Shown here piece after piece: positions 52,901 through 64,000 of a DNA stretch of 64,000 bases. Each line of letters opens with the position of its first letter. Position 1 is the first letter of the stretch. This DNA is from Lama guanicoe. Lineage: Eukaryota. The notes beneath the pieces were generated by a model, which saw nothing but the letters and a program-made list of their open reading frames with translations, searched no databases and was not told the origin of the DNA. The DNA lies in NCBI GenBank assembly GCA_013239625.1, contig MU054117.1, positions 312,001 to 376,000 on the forward strand, read 5' to 3'. Made by a program: the position numbers and the translations under genes.

Positions 52901-55900
52901 CAAAATGGGGGCTCAAGTCAGTCAGTGCTGAGTGAATGAAAATACTCACTTTGGATGCCTACAGCAAGAACTCAAAAGGCACCTCCCACATATTACAAGA
53001 ACTCAGCGCACAAATTACTAGGCTCAAGGGCTTGATGACAAGCTCGGAATTCTGCACTGTGCTACTGCATTCACCCGTCTCAAGGAGGGAGCTGTTGGCC
53101 AGGTAGGGTTAAAAACGACCCTGGTCAAAGCTTAAGAGGAAAATCAAGAATGCACAATGGGATACCAACTACTAAGCACAACACGCAGCACTACAGTCAT
53201 CGTGCAGACAAAACCCCACGCGTATACAGCACGGGGAGCGACACGCAGTACCTTGCAAGAGCCTACAATGACAGCGCGGCAGAGCACAAACGTATGATAC
53301 AACTGAACCACTATGCTCTCTACCAAAAACCAACAATACTGTAAACTGACTGTGCTTCCATTTAAAACAAAAAACCTACAGAATGAATAATACCCAAAAA
53401 GAGAAAATTCACGACACTGAAGATCAACCTGAGCCCCAGGTGCTGACGGGCAAAGCTGCTCAAAGGTCAAAGGCACAGGCTGTCCACTGAAAGTCAGGTG
53501 TGTGCTTTTCCTCGGCCAACGTGAACGCGCCAAGGCTTCGCCGTGGGGCTCTTCCCCTGAAGCTCTAAACCCCAGACTTGCCTGAAATCATCACTGGAAA
53601 GTCCAGAGGGGGCCTCTGCTTGGAAGCAGCGCTGAAATCTCACAGGGAGCCGTCACCGCGTCCTGCAGAAGGCCCAGCCACCCCGCCTCACCGATATAGG
53701 CAACACAGGCTGGACGTCTATCTCAGAAATAAGCCTCCACCACAGAGGGGCCCTGTCATCCTTCTCCCGCAGCCTGAGGTCCACCCCCCTCGATGGCACC
53801 TCCAACACATTCCCGCGAGATGTGCCAGCGCTCACTGTCCTGACTCAGTGGGCACAGACGCCCCCGTGGGGTGGACGAGATGGAAGAACTGGACCTCACG
53901 GAGAGCACTGTGGACGCCTCTCACAGTGGGAACGCTCAGGACAGTAATTTTAGGTGCCGCTGGATGACACATGGCTGCGGCAAGGACGCCAGGGCCCGAG
54001 TGTCTGGTTCAAACCTCAGCTCCACCAGTTTGGAGCTAGATGAAGGCAAATAACCTACTGCCTTTGTGCCTTCGATTTTCCATCTGTAAAAATAAGGATA
54101 ATAAAAATTGTTCCCGCAAAGGCTTGTTCTGAGAATTAAGCGAGTTACAGGTTAAAGTCTCACAGAGTGCCTGAGCACCACCCACATGATCGTCGCCAGA
54201 AAGCCTTCTGGGCCACGACTGGCTCAGCCCCACGGAGTTGAGGACAGCGAGGCTGGAGGCCAGCCCACAAGCTACCTGGAGTTCTGTGTGAACTGACAGC
54301 TTGGGGAGCCAGGGGTCGGATGGAGGGAGCTGGGGATTACCTCGGCCGTCCTCAGGCTCCTGTGTTCCGCTGCTGTCCTGCATCCTCCCAGGGCCCCCCA
54401 GGGCAGGCCTGGGGGCCGAGTGAGCAAGCTGTGTGAAAGGGCCAGGCAGAGGCGGGGGGCCAGGCTGGCGGGAGCGGTAAGGCACGCCTGGCGGGCACAC
54501 ACGGGAGGACAGCTGCTGCATGGCGAGCATCTCCGGGCTGTCCATCATGGAGTCCCCGCCCTGCACCCCCCGCATGGCCTGGGCGGGGGCTCCAAACAGA
54601 GACCCTGGTGCTGGGGATGGAGGTGGCTGCAACCGATGTCCACCAGCTTTACAGGGTGGTCGCAGGAACCCCGGAGAAGGGACTCCATGAGGTAGGAAGC
54701 CTGAGTGGTCAGGCCACTGGTTTGGGGGGAGGGGTGGTCTCATCACGGGGGGGTCCATCATGTGCCCAAGAGTGTGAGGCGGGTGAGAGGGTCCTGGCCC
54801 CATGGGGGGCTTCTCATCTGGCCCCAGGGGTCCTGGGTTTGTAGCACCGTGGTTCCCGTTCCAGACAGCAGAGTGCACTCGATTGAGGTACTTGTACGAC
54901 TGGTACATGTGGCTAGGAGGCATTTCCGAGCTCTCAGGGAAGTCTGGGGGCCGGGCCGGGGCCCCACCGTGCCTGGGAGGAATAAATCCTGGCTGGAAAT
55001 GAGCGGCGGGATACACGTTTCCATCCTGACTGGGGCCGCTCATCTGCCTGAGCTGCAGGGGTCCAGGAGGTGGTCCCACGTCGGCGAGGTGCCCCAGCGC
55101 CCCGCACATGGGCTTCTCGTCTGGGATGCCTCGCCCGGGTCCTCGTTGGTGGTTAATTCCAGCTGGAGGCTGGGAATGAGGAGAGAGAAGACAGCAGAGC
55201 TCACCAGACCCGCAGAACAAGGCAGATCCCGTGACGTGCTGACCCCAAGGCAAGAGGAAATGATGAGTTCTGGAACTCACCCCGGCACCTGCGCCTCTCA
55301 GCGGCCTGCTTACCTGCACTGCTAAAGGCGGATGCTGCTGCCCAGGCCCTCCGGGGCGCAGCTCTGGGGCTCCAGAGGAGACACGCACGGCGGGAAGCTC
55401 CGACCCTCGCAGAGGGCAAAAAGCCCCCTGCACTGCAGGCCTCTGGAGGGCGTTGAGGAAGGGCAAGGAGAAGAGAGAAAGCACGTCCCTCACATCCGGA
55501 GGAAGAAGGCACCCACACCCAGCAGCCTGGAGCAGGTGCCCTCGGGGCGGTGCATCCCTCCACTGCCCCCCACCCCAGAGCCTCCTCACACAGGGCTTCC
55601 CCAGCTGCTTCCACCAGGAAACTTCATGTACTGTGTGCACCTACGTGCCTTTTACTTTCAAAAGGAGTGAGTTTTTTAATTCAAATTTTTGCCCACATTG
55701 AGAATGTGAGGTTCAAACGAGTGAGAGAAAGAAGGGTTTAAAATAAAGGAGAACCAGTGAGGAACAGATGGGGGAGAAGAGATCACTGACATGCAGGAAA
55801 ACCATTTTGGAAGAGGGGCCAGCGGGGAAGGCTGTTCCGCCCCCAACCCTGACCTCCCAGGAGCGGCTGTTTACCGTCTGGCTCAGAGCGGGGGCCTGGC

Positions 55901-58900
55901 CAGGCCCCCCACTGCAGTGCAGGGGCCGAGACACGCCCCCCTCCCGAGGGGGCTGTGCAGAAGGGGCTCGGCGGCCGGGGGGCAGCGACTTGCCCCCATT
56001 CTCCATGGGCTGCTGTCTCCTGCTGGGCCCCTCTGGGTCCCGGGAGCGGGTGCAGGCGTGGCCGCCGCCCCGCCCCGCCCGGCCCCGCCTCTTCTCTCGC
56101 TTCTCATCCTCACGGATCCAGAACTCCTCGTCCGTGTCCCCGTCGTCGCCAGGAAAATGCTTCGCCATCGCCCGGTGGAAGCACCGCTCCAGGTTATCCG
56201 ACATCTTGGTGTACTCTACAGGGACGCAAGGACACAGCTCGCAGCCCCCAGAGACAGCCCACCTGCCAGCAAATGACAGGAAGCCCCCGGGGAAACACGC
56301 GGCGGAGCCAGACACCAGCCGGGGACACGGTTTCTGTGTAAGAGGCTCCAGGCCGTGTGGCCAAGGCACTGGCTCCAGGACTCTCACCCCAAACCAGTAC
56401 AAATTGACCTCTGCAAGGCTCACCTGCAGACACTAGGCACAATCACAGAATCTGCCCAGGAAAGAAACGAGGGCGCCAGGGGCTAGTGTGTGACAGCGCC
56501 CACTCCTGCCCCTGGGGCAGCACAGGCTGTCATCAGACAGCTGCTCTGCGGTTCTCAACACGACTGAAGATGGAGACAGAACCACCAGAGCCAGGCCATC
56601 TCAAGGACACGAGAACCTGGGCCCTGGGAGCCGTCTCTTGTCACGGAGGCAGGAGAGGGCCTGGTCCAGCCGCCCCCAGGGCTTTACTACACATGCTCTC
56701 TGCGGTCCCAAAGAAAGGTCTGAATCCCTAAAGTGTGTACTTCTACAAAAGAAGGCATTTTATTCTTGGTCCTAATGGTACAAGATCTGGAGCTCACCCC
56801 CTTTCCACTTACCACTACTGTCCCCGTTATATTTTCGGCAGTTCCTGAACATAGTTTTCATGTCATTTACAAATTCCTCCTTGGTACAGTATAAACCTCC
56901 GTTCAGTTTCTTCTCCATGCTTGAAATATCCATGGGGACCTAAAACAGGACACATTTCTTTACCAGACGCTGGAAAAAACATCTCGGAGTCCTCATGAGA
57001 CAGAGAAACCACACCGTTAAGAGCTGCTCAGGGGTGGAGTGTGTGCCTAGCACACACAGGTCCCTGCCTCAATCTCCAGCACCTCCACCAAAAGTAATAA
57101 ATGAACAGACGAACCTAATTACCTCCTTCTCCCAAAAAATTTAAAATTTTTTCAAAAGTTAAAAAAAAAAAAAGGGCTGCTCAAATATATCCGGCAGCTC
57201 TGATCCCTGAGTGATACAAACACAGCAGCAACCACCAGAGACATGCACTCCACAGCAGGCACGACTGAAGTACAGCCTCTACCTTAATAATCTGGTAATA
57301 GTTCGGGGCGTACGACTCATCCACAGGTTCCAAAAAGGGCCAGGAATCCTTGTGTGCCTTCACCACGTCTAGGACTAAGGGCCAAGAGGAGAGCTTAGTT
57401 CACACTCCCGGGGACACAGCACCAGAAGCACAGCAGCTGAGCGCAGGAACTGACCTTTGTACATGGCCGTGAACTCGTCGTCCAGCTCAAAGCTGTAATC
57501 AGAGAACAAGGGCTTAGCAGACCCGAGACCACCTCCTCGCCTTAGTTTCTCTCAGCTCAAGCAGACATGGCTCACTGCACTGAGACCAGAACAGCCCCCG
57601 TAAATCTTCTAAGGCAAGCCTGCAGCACTGAGGACACTCCAGGAAGTGATTACAAAGGGAAGGGTGCGCACGCTTTAGCACAAAGGGGAAATCATTTTCC
57701 GCATCTACAGAATGATGCTTGACCATGATGATTCGAACTGACTTATGACTCTAGAAAGTTAGTTACTCACTAGCACATCCTTTCCCAGGTTTTATTTCAC
57801 TCAAATCAGTATTTTTAAATCTAACAGAATCTAAAGAAATATAAGATCTAAAAAGGGTGAAGAATACACTCCCGAAAGAGCAGAGGCAGAACGAGCACAG
57901 GGCAGCGCCCGCGGGGACTGCCGTGGGGCCTGGGCTAGGACACACACTCACAGGTCTTCAGCCTTCTTCTCCTCCCGCAGCGGGGACGGGGGGTCCAGGT
58001 GGGACAGCTCCGGTGGCAGCGCCTTCCCCTGGGCCAGCAGCCAGGCCCTCTCCTCCCTCAGCTTCCTCCTCTTGGCTCGGTCTGCGGTGGACACAGGCAC
58101 AGTGCGTCAGGGGCGCTAGAGGTCAGATGCTTGCCGACACTCCGCGAGCGGAAGGAAACAGACCTCCAGAGCGATGTCATGACGTGCTCCTGGAGCCTCC
58201 TCTGCATCCTTCTTTTTGATAATTAGGACGATTCTATAGTGGAATGCTTTAAGAAAATGATAAACAAGTGGGACCCATTTCCTCTTAGTCATATGAAGTT
58301 CAAGTTGGGGCAGGAGGTAAGCAGATGGACTCTGGATGGGGACAGGGAGGAGCAAGAGAGAAGAAAAGTGGAATCGGCGGAAAGGAAAACGGAAGACTGA
58401 GTGGGGATCACCCTTGTCTGAGGACGAGAGGCCTTCCCTATCTTTCCCTCAAGAACACAACATCCGGCAGGAGAGTATGGCTCAGCGTCGAGCACGTGCT
58501 TAGCATGCACAAGGTCTCGGGTTCAATCCCCGGCACCTCCTCCAAACATAAACAAACAAACAAACCCAATTACCTCCCCCTCACAAAACCAACAAAAGGC
58601 CACATCCCCGTTTTAGAACCAGATCTCAATTCAGACACGTGCGAGGTTTTGCAGGCGCATCTGAGCTCTCACCAGCTGCCTCTGCAGCCCACCCCCTGCC
58701 CCGGCAGGAGTCCAAGTGGTGGTCACAGACGGAGCCTGGCCTGGGGAGTGTGAGAAGATGCCCACAGCCCCTGTCCGGGGAGAGCAACTCCACAGGCCCA
58801 ACCTGAGCCCTGCCCTTGGCCCAAGCTCGCAGGACGGCCCTAAACCAGCCCTCCACACTCCACAGGCCCCAGGGACCCAGGAACTGAAGTCCCTCCTGCT

Positions 58901-61900
58901 ACCACAGTCAGGCCACCCAGGGGTGCCCCCTGGCACTCTGGAGCACCCACCCTCTGGGGTCTCTGGAGGCTGGGGGCCTGAGATGCAGGTTTAGTTAGAA
59001 ACCTGGCCCTCAGCCGCAGCCTCAGCAGCAGCGATCTGCTAGGAAGCCTCCTCCAGAAGACAAGTGTGGTCTGCTGCCTCCTGCCGTGCCTGGGGTGGGG
59101 GCTGGTTCTGGTCCCATGGCACTCACAAGCACGCACTCCGCTGGCCACCAGGACCCCTGGGCAGCATCCCCCACACCGGTGCCCTCCAGTCCGTCCTGAC
59201 AACAGGCCACCCACAGGCCGAGGCACCACCACAAGAAGTGAGCCCCTCCCTGGGAGTCCAGGCTCACCTTGCGCTCCTGCCTCGGCCTGGGGTCAGCCTG
59301 CCTCCTTTCCCCAGGGGTCCAGGCTCACCTCGCGCTCCTGCCCCGGCCTGGGGTCAGCCTGCCTCCTTCTGGGCGTTAGGGGTCTTCCTGCTATGGGGCC
59401 ATGCTGCCTTTTTAAAGATTATTTACGTTGGTACTTGTATAATGATAACCAACCCAGCTACCTGGATTTCTGCTTACAGATACATTTTCTACTCCAGGTT
59501 ACTATGAGACACTAAGTGTACTTACTGTGCTGCACATAGTAGGTCCTTGTTTATTTTATTTACAGTAGCATGTGTATCCACTAATTCCAAATTCCCAATT
59601 TATCACTCTCCTTTCCCCTCAACCCGGTAACCAACAATTTTCTACGTCTGTGAGTCTTTTTCCATTTCGCAAATAAGTTTATTTGTGTCATTTTTTTAGA
59701 TTCCACATATAAGTGGTATCAAAAATTTGTCTTTCTCTCTGACTTAGTTCACTTAGTGTGATAATCTCTAGGTCCATCCACGTTGCTGCAAATGGCATTA
59801 TTCTTTTTTATGGCTGAGTAGTATTCCATTGTATAAACATACCACATCTTCTTCATACAGTCATCTGTCGATGGACACTTAGGTTGCTTCCATGTCTTGG
59901 CTATTGTAAACAGTGCTGCTATGAACATTGGGGTGCATGTGTCTTTTTCAATTGGAGTTCCCTCTGGCTATATATGCCCAGGAGTGGGATTGCTGGATCA
60001 TAGGGTTAAGTCTATTTTCAGCCTTCTGAGGAATCTCCGTACAGTTTTCCACAACGGCTGCACCAAACTGCATTCCCACCAACAGTATAGGAGGGTTGGT
60101 TCCCTTTTCTCCACACCTTCTCCAGCATTTAGTTTGTGGACTTAATGATGGCCACTCTGACCTATGTGAGGTGAAACCTCACTGTAGTTTTAATTTGCGT
60201 TTCTTTTCGTGTGCCTGCTGGCCACTGGTATGTCTTTGCTGGAGAGATGTCTGTTCAGGTCTCCTGCCCATTTTTTGACTGGGATGCTTGTTTTTTGAAA
60301 TTGAGCTGTATGAGCTGTTTGAATATTCTGGAAATGAAGCCCTTCTCAGCTGCAATGTTTGCAAATATCTTCTCCCATTCTGTGGGTTGTCTTTTCATTT
60401 TGTTTATTGTTTCCTTTGCTGTGCAGAAGCTTACAAGTTTAATTAGGTCCCTTTTGTTTATTTTTGCTTTTATTTCTATTGCCTGGGTAGACTGACCCGA
60501 GAGAGACTGACCCAAGGGAGGGGCCGCGGAGTTGCCCTCTGTGGTGTCACCTGTCACCCGTCATGCGGGCTCACAAAGTGCACTGTTGTTGGCGCTGCCC
60601 TCGGCCCTGCCTCAGATGTGAGAATGTAGGCATTCAGCCCTGGTGTCCCTCAGGCCCTGTGCTTACAGTCACCAGGGCAGGTCCACTGAAGCCAGGCACC
60701 AGGACCCACCAGAGCTGCGTGTAGTCATGCACCTGGATAGGCCGTGGACTACAGGTGAGCCCAGACCCTAGGCCCGCCTCCACATGTGCACACCGTCATT
60801 AACGCTGACCTGCCCCCACTGTGCACCGGTGTTCTGATCAGACGTCCTGCAGGCCCTGACTTGACCAAGGCACCAGCGTCCTCCGAATCCACCTGGGGCA
60901 GGACTCAAATTTCTGCCCTGCATCCCCAGTCATGTGGCCCCTAGGAATGGGCTCAGATTTCAGTCCGCCTCCGCCTGAGGGCAACCATGAGCAAGTGAGC
61001 CCTCCCAGAGCTGCAAGCAAGGAGACAGCTCCCAGGCGTTAACAATGGGGCTTCCATGGCTGGGCCACAGGAGGAAGCCGCTATGGCCTGGTCAAGCCTC
61101 TCTGCACTAACAACGGGGCTTTTTAAGGGGGGACCCAGGCTCTGCTGCCCTCAGGTTCAGCTCGTACCACACTCCAGGCCCTTCAGGCTGTCTTGAAGCA
61201 GCCAGCCCTAGTCCTCTCCTTGGGGTCGTCCTCCGAATCCCGAGCTCCAGCACCCAGTCCCGGCACACACCAGCAGGCTCGTGTCTCAGCCTGGGGACCA
61301 CAGGGACCCTCTGAGCTGGTTTCGCTCCATTTGGCTTGCCACAACATGCTCCAGCTCTCTCTTCTGAGCCTCTGAAGCTTCCCCTCTGCCCCAGCTCATC
61401 TCCCCGCTGATGAAGGGGCTCCCAGAGCAAGAGAACCTTTCTTCTTTCCCCGCCTCCTCCCGGGGGTGCAGGGCCCCTCATTTTTTCCCCTCCCAGCCAA
61501 CCTGGTTACATGGAGACTTTCTTGCAGCTTTACTTGTGTAAGACCTTCAGTTTAGTAGGTACTGTGGGACCTGCGCCACGTGCAGGTGCCTTTCTGGTGT
61601 ACTGGGGGCCGTCACCACATCCTTCTACTCTGCCGTCCTGAAGCCCTTCCCTGGCTTAACTATTATTAGTTACAATAATTTCTTGGCTATTTTCTTGGAG
61701 TTTCGAACACATTCCCTAGATTGTCTGTATGTGTGTGTGTGGGGGGGTACATTATTTCCCACTTGAGAAAAGAAACCCCTACAAAGCAATACGATTCAGA
61801 ACAGAAGCAATGGAAGAGGAAATCTGCCTTCTCCCTGACTCAAAAGGGAGCCCTTCTAGTACTTCCCAATTCAACAGTGTTTGTTGAGATCTTTAGAAAC

Positions 61901-63148
61901 AGATGTTGGTTAAGGAAGTTCCCTTCGATTCTGAGTTTTCAGAGGAAACCAGAAAAGAAGGAATGCCAGGAGCCACCAGAAGCTGGAGGAGGCAGAGGAG
62001 GGCACACCCCCGGGCCCTGCCGACGCCCAGATCTGAGACAGCAGGCCTCCGGGGCTGTGGAGCCAGCTGTGCTATCCCCGAACACCCAGTCCTGGTCCTT
62101 GTGCCGGGACCCAGGAGACCAACACAACCCCAGTCCCAAGGGCTCCCGAGACGTCCACCTCCGTTACGGAGCATCCTCTAAGTGCCCTCTTCCAAACTGG
62201 TTACTTCAAATGTCTGCGGGCGTATGTTCTGTAAGGCGTTCTCCCGAGTCTGTTACATCCAGCTCACGGCTCATCTTGCTTCCTAATTCTAAGATTTGTA
62301 TTTTTCCATCAAGTCAAGAAGATTCTTCACCATTAACGTCTGAATATTTTCTCTGCCCCGTTCACGGGACCCTCTTTCACGACAGACAGCAGACACATGC
62401 CAGCCTCCCGTGCTGCATCCCTGCGGTCCGCTGTGAGGGTGCTTCTGTCCTGTGCTCCTTTCCCCTTCTCTGCTGCTGTGTCTGGCCACTAGGAGCCCTG
62501 AGGTGGGCAGGAGGGGGGCGCCCGAGGCTCAGCTCCGTGAGCCCCCAGTGTGCAGGTCTGACGAGCCCCAACCCTGGCCGTTAGTAACGAAGCCAAATGA
62601 CCTGTCGTCCCACGGTTTGTCAGGTTTCATTAATAAATACAACTGCCGCCCAGCTCACGGGGAGACAGCTGCTGCCCTGTGCCTCCAGCGCACGCAGAGG
62701 GATGCCCTCGGGGCCCCCAGACCCAGAGCAGAGGCCGGCCACACTCCAGACCTCGTAACGCAGGCCAGGACAGACCTGACGCTTTGAACACATCTCCTTT
62801 GTGCTTAAAGTGACTTCTGTGAAACGAACCTTTTTCCACCCCACACGGGGAACGCAGAGGGGACGAGAGACGAGAGAATGCAGGGGCCCAGGAGCACAGG
62901 TGCGAGGCCCACCCAGACAGGAAGCAGAAAGCCCGGGCTGCTCGGGGCGGGACAGTGCCCGCAGCCGCTGCGGGGCCTGTGCGCACCGCCCTACCTTCCA
63001 CTGCCTTGACCCTCTCCTCCAGCTCTCGCTTCCGCTCCTCCCTCAGCATCCGCTCCTGCTCCCTCTTCTGCACGGCCAGGATCAGCTGCCGCTCCTCCTC
63101 CTCCTGCCTGCGCTCCTGCTTCTCTGCTTTGGTGAGCACGGGGGTCTC
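49915..63148 (-). CDS. CECR2: CECR2 bromodomain chromatin-remodelling subunit, last 11 coding exons (5' part lies outside the window)
   Basis: Exons 62995-63148, 57952-58081, 57455-57492, 57283-57374, 56813-56939, 55875-56215, 55314-55442, 54341-55169, 51200-52523, 50395-50506 and 49915-49920 (AGC TAG) are all GT-AG with consistent phases. Bromodomain [68 protein letters not shown]-terminus ...PALPLDQS*. Confidence 0.97.
53140..53380 (+). mobile_element. L1 3'UTR terminal fragment
   Basis: gtatacagcacggggagc..cagtaccttgcaa..cctacaatg..aactgaaccactatgct..atactgtaaactgactgtgcttccatttaaaa. Confidence 0.7.
53990..54180 (+). mobile_element. MIR remnant
   Basis: ctggttcaaacctcagctccacc..tgtgccttcgattttccatctgtaaaaataaggataataa..gagaattaag. 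Confidence 0.7.
57031..57175 (+). mobile_element. 5'-truncated Vic-1-like SINE in a CECR2 intron
   Basis: gtgtgcctagcacacacaggtcc...caatctccagcacctcc...acctaattacctcc with an A tail; flanks aagagctgctca / aagggctgctca. Confidence 0.8.
58465..58590 (+). mobile_element. tRNA-derived SINE (Vic-1-like) in a CECR2 intron
   Basis: gagtatggctcagcgtcgagcacgtgcttagcatgcacaaggtctcgggttcaatccccggcacctcc plus tail. Confidence 0.85.
59256..59368. repeat. Tandem duplication, period 61 bp (~1.9 copies)
   Basis: gtccaggctcacct(t/c)gcgctcctgcc(t/c)cggcctggggtcagcctgcctcctt starts at 59256 and again at 59317. Confidence 0.9.
59430..60490 (-). mobile_element. L1 fragment (ORF2 C-terminus plus 3'UTR) in a CECR2 intron
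   Basis: ORF 60255-60557(-) contains [42 protein letters not shown], a canonical L1 ORF2p segment. Confidence 0.92.
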
Positions 63149-64000
63149 CTGTGAGGGGCCAAGAAGCGCACAGTCAGTACACAGTGGTGTGGTCTCGGCC
63201 CCGAGCTCTTCTGTGTGTTCTGTTCCATACACAGTGTCAGACAGCCAGGTGACTTGTATCCTAGCCACAAATTAACCTCATCTGTAAAACCAACGGACAC
63301 ACACATGCTAACATTAAAATACACAGTGATTAGAACGGGGGAAAGCCTGGGGCCCAGTGAGCTGCACATCCGCAGTCTCTGGGAGGTCCTCTTCTGGAGG
63401 AGAGGCTGCGGAGCCCCCTCTCGGATTTGGTCCTTCAGAAGCACTCTCGTCCCCGTAACTGAGAGCAGGGCAAGGTGTCAGACTCACAGCGTCAGCCACG
63501 CGCACAGCCTTAGAGCCCCTGACCTCTGTGCATTTCCTTACTAACAAAAAGGTGAATAAAGCCAGGAGTTCGGTGGGAAGGGCCACCACTTTGCCTGAAA
63601 ATACAGTGAGGAGATGAGGGCAGTACAGGGACTGGCTGGCTTTCCCCTTGTTTTTCAACCCAGACAACATTAACATAATGATGTCAGGTGGTGAGCGGGA
63701 CCGTGACTGCCTCAGACATTAAATGGAAGAAAAGGACACAGGACCTCCTCCATCGTAACCTGCAAGTTCCCCTGTGTATTCCCAGTGTGATGAGTCCTGA
63801 GCCGTCCTGCAGGCCCAGCACTCAAGCTACAACCAGAAGTGCTTTTATTTTCAGTTTCCTCCCTTAACTTCTGCGCTGACGTGCAAGGCAGAGCTCTGTT
63901 AAGGCTGTCACTGAAGAGGCAGTGGCTGTGACCTGCAACAGAGAGTGTCTGTGAGCTGCACAGACACAGAAAAATGAATTGGGGTCTACAAAGGGGGGGT

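Noticed and set aside
51355..56436. Many plus-strand ORFs of 100-220 aa opposite CECR2 exons
   Set aside because: Shadow ORFs of GC-rich coding sequence.
61721..62584. 287-aa ORF antisense within a CECR2 intron
   Set aside because: Non-ATG start, no recognisable homology, and no promoter or splice support.

Overview
Mammalian genomic DNA, most likely a camelid: at least eight tRNA-derived SINEs resemble the camelid Vic-1 family. The window is syntenic with the human 22q11 cat-eye region, in inverted orientation. From left to right it holds (1) the 5' end of BCL2L13 on the minus strand (non-coding exon 1 in a CpG island at ~10.3 kb, first coding exon 1532-1652); (2) a complete 9-exon ATP6V1E1 on the plus strand (226 aa); (3) a decayed, intron-containing pseudogene of the mitochondrial glutamate carrier SLC25A18 (GC2) on the minus strand, ~33.6-39.3 kb; and (4) the last 11 coding exons and 3'UTR of CECR2 on the minus strand, including the bromodomain. 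The most notable observations are the SLC25A18 loss with many lesions and a near-perfect 173-bp duplication cutting one exon, a tailless retroposed 5' half of tRNA-Gly(TCC) with target-site duplication, a MER41-like solo LTR between the two divergent promoters, a strong-Kozak uORF in BCL2L13, CLEAR-like and NF-E2/GATA/RUNX motif clusters between BCL2L13 and ATP6V1E1, and a strong AT-to-GC gradient. Homology calls rest on my recall of human sequences and repeat consensuses, not on database searches. I found no evidence for a novel protein-coding system; most ORFs in the track are GC-rich noise.
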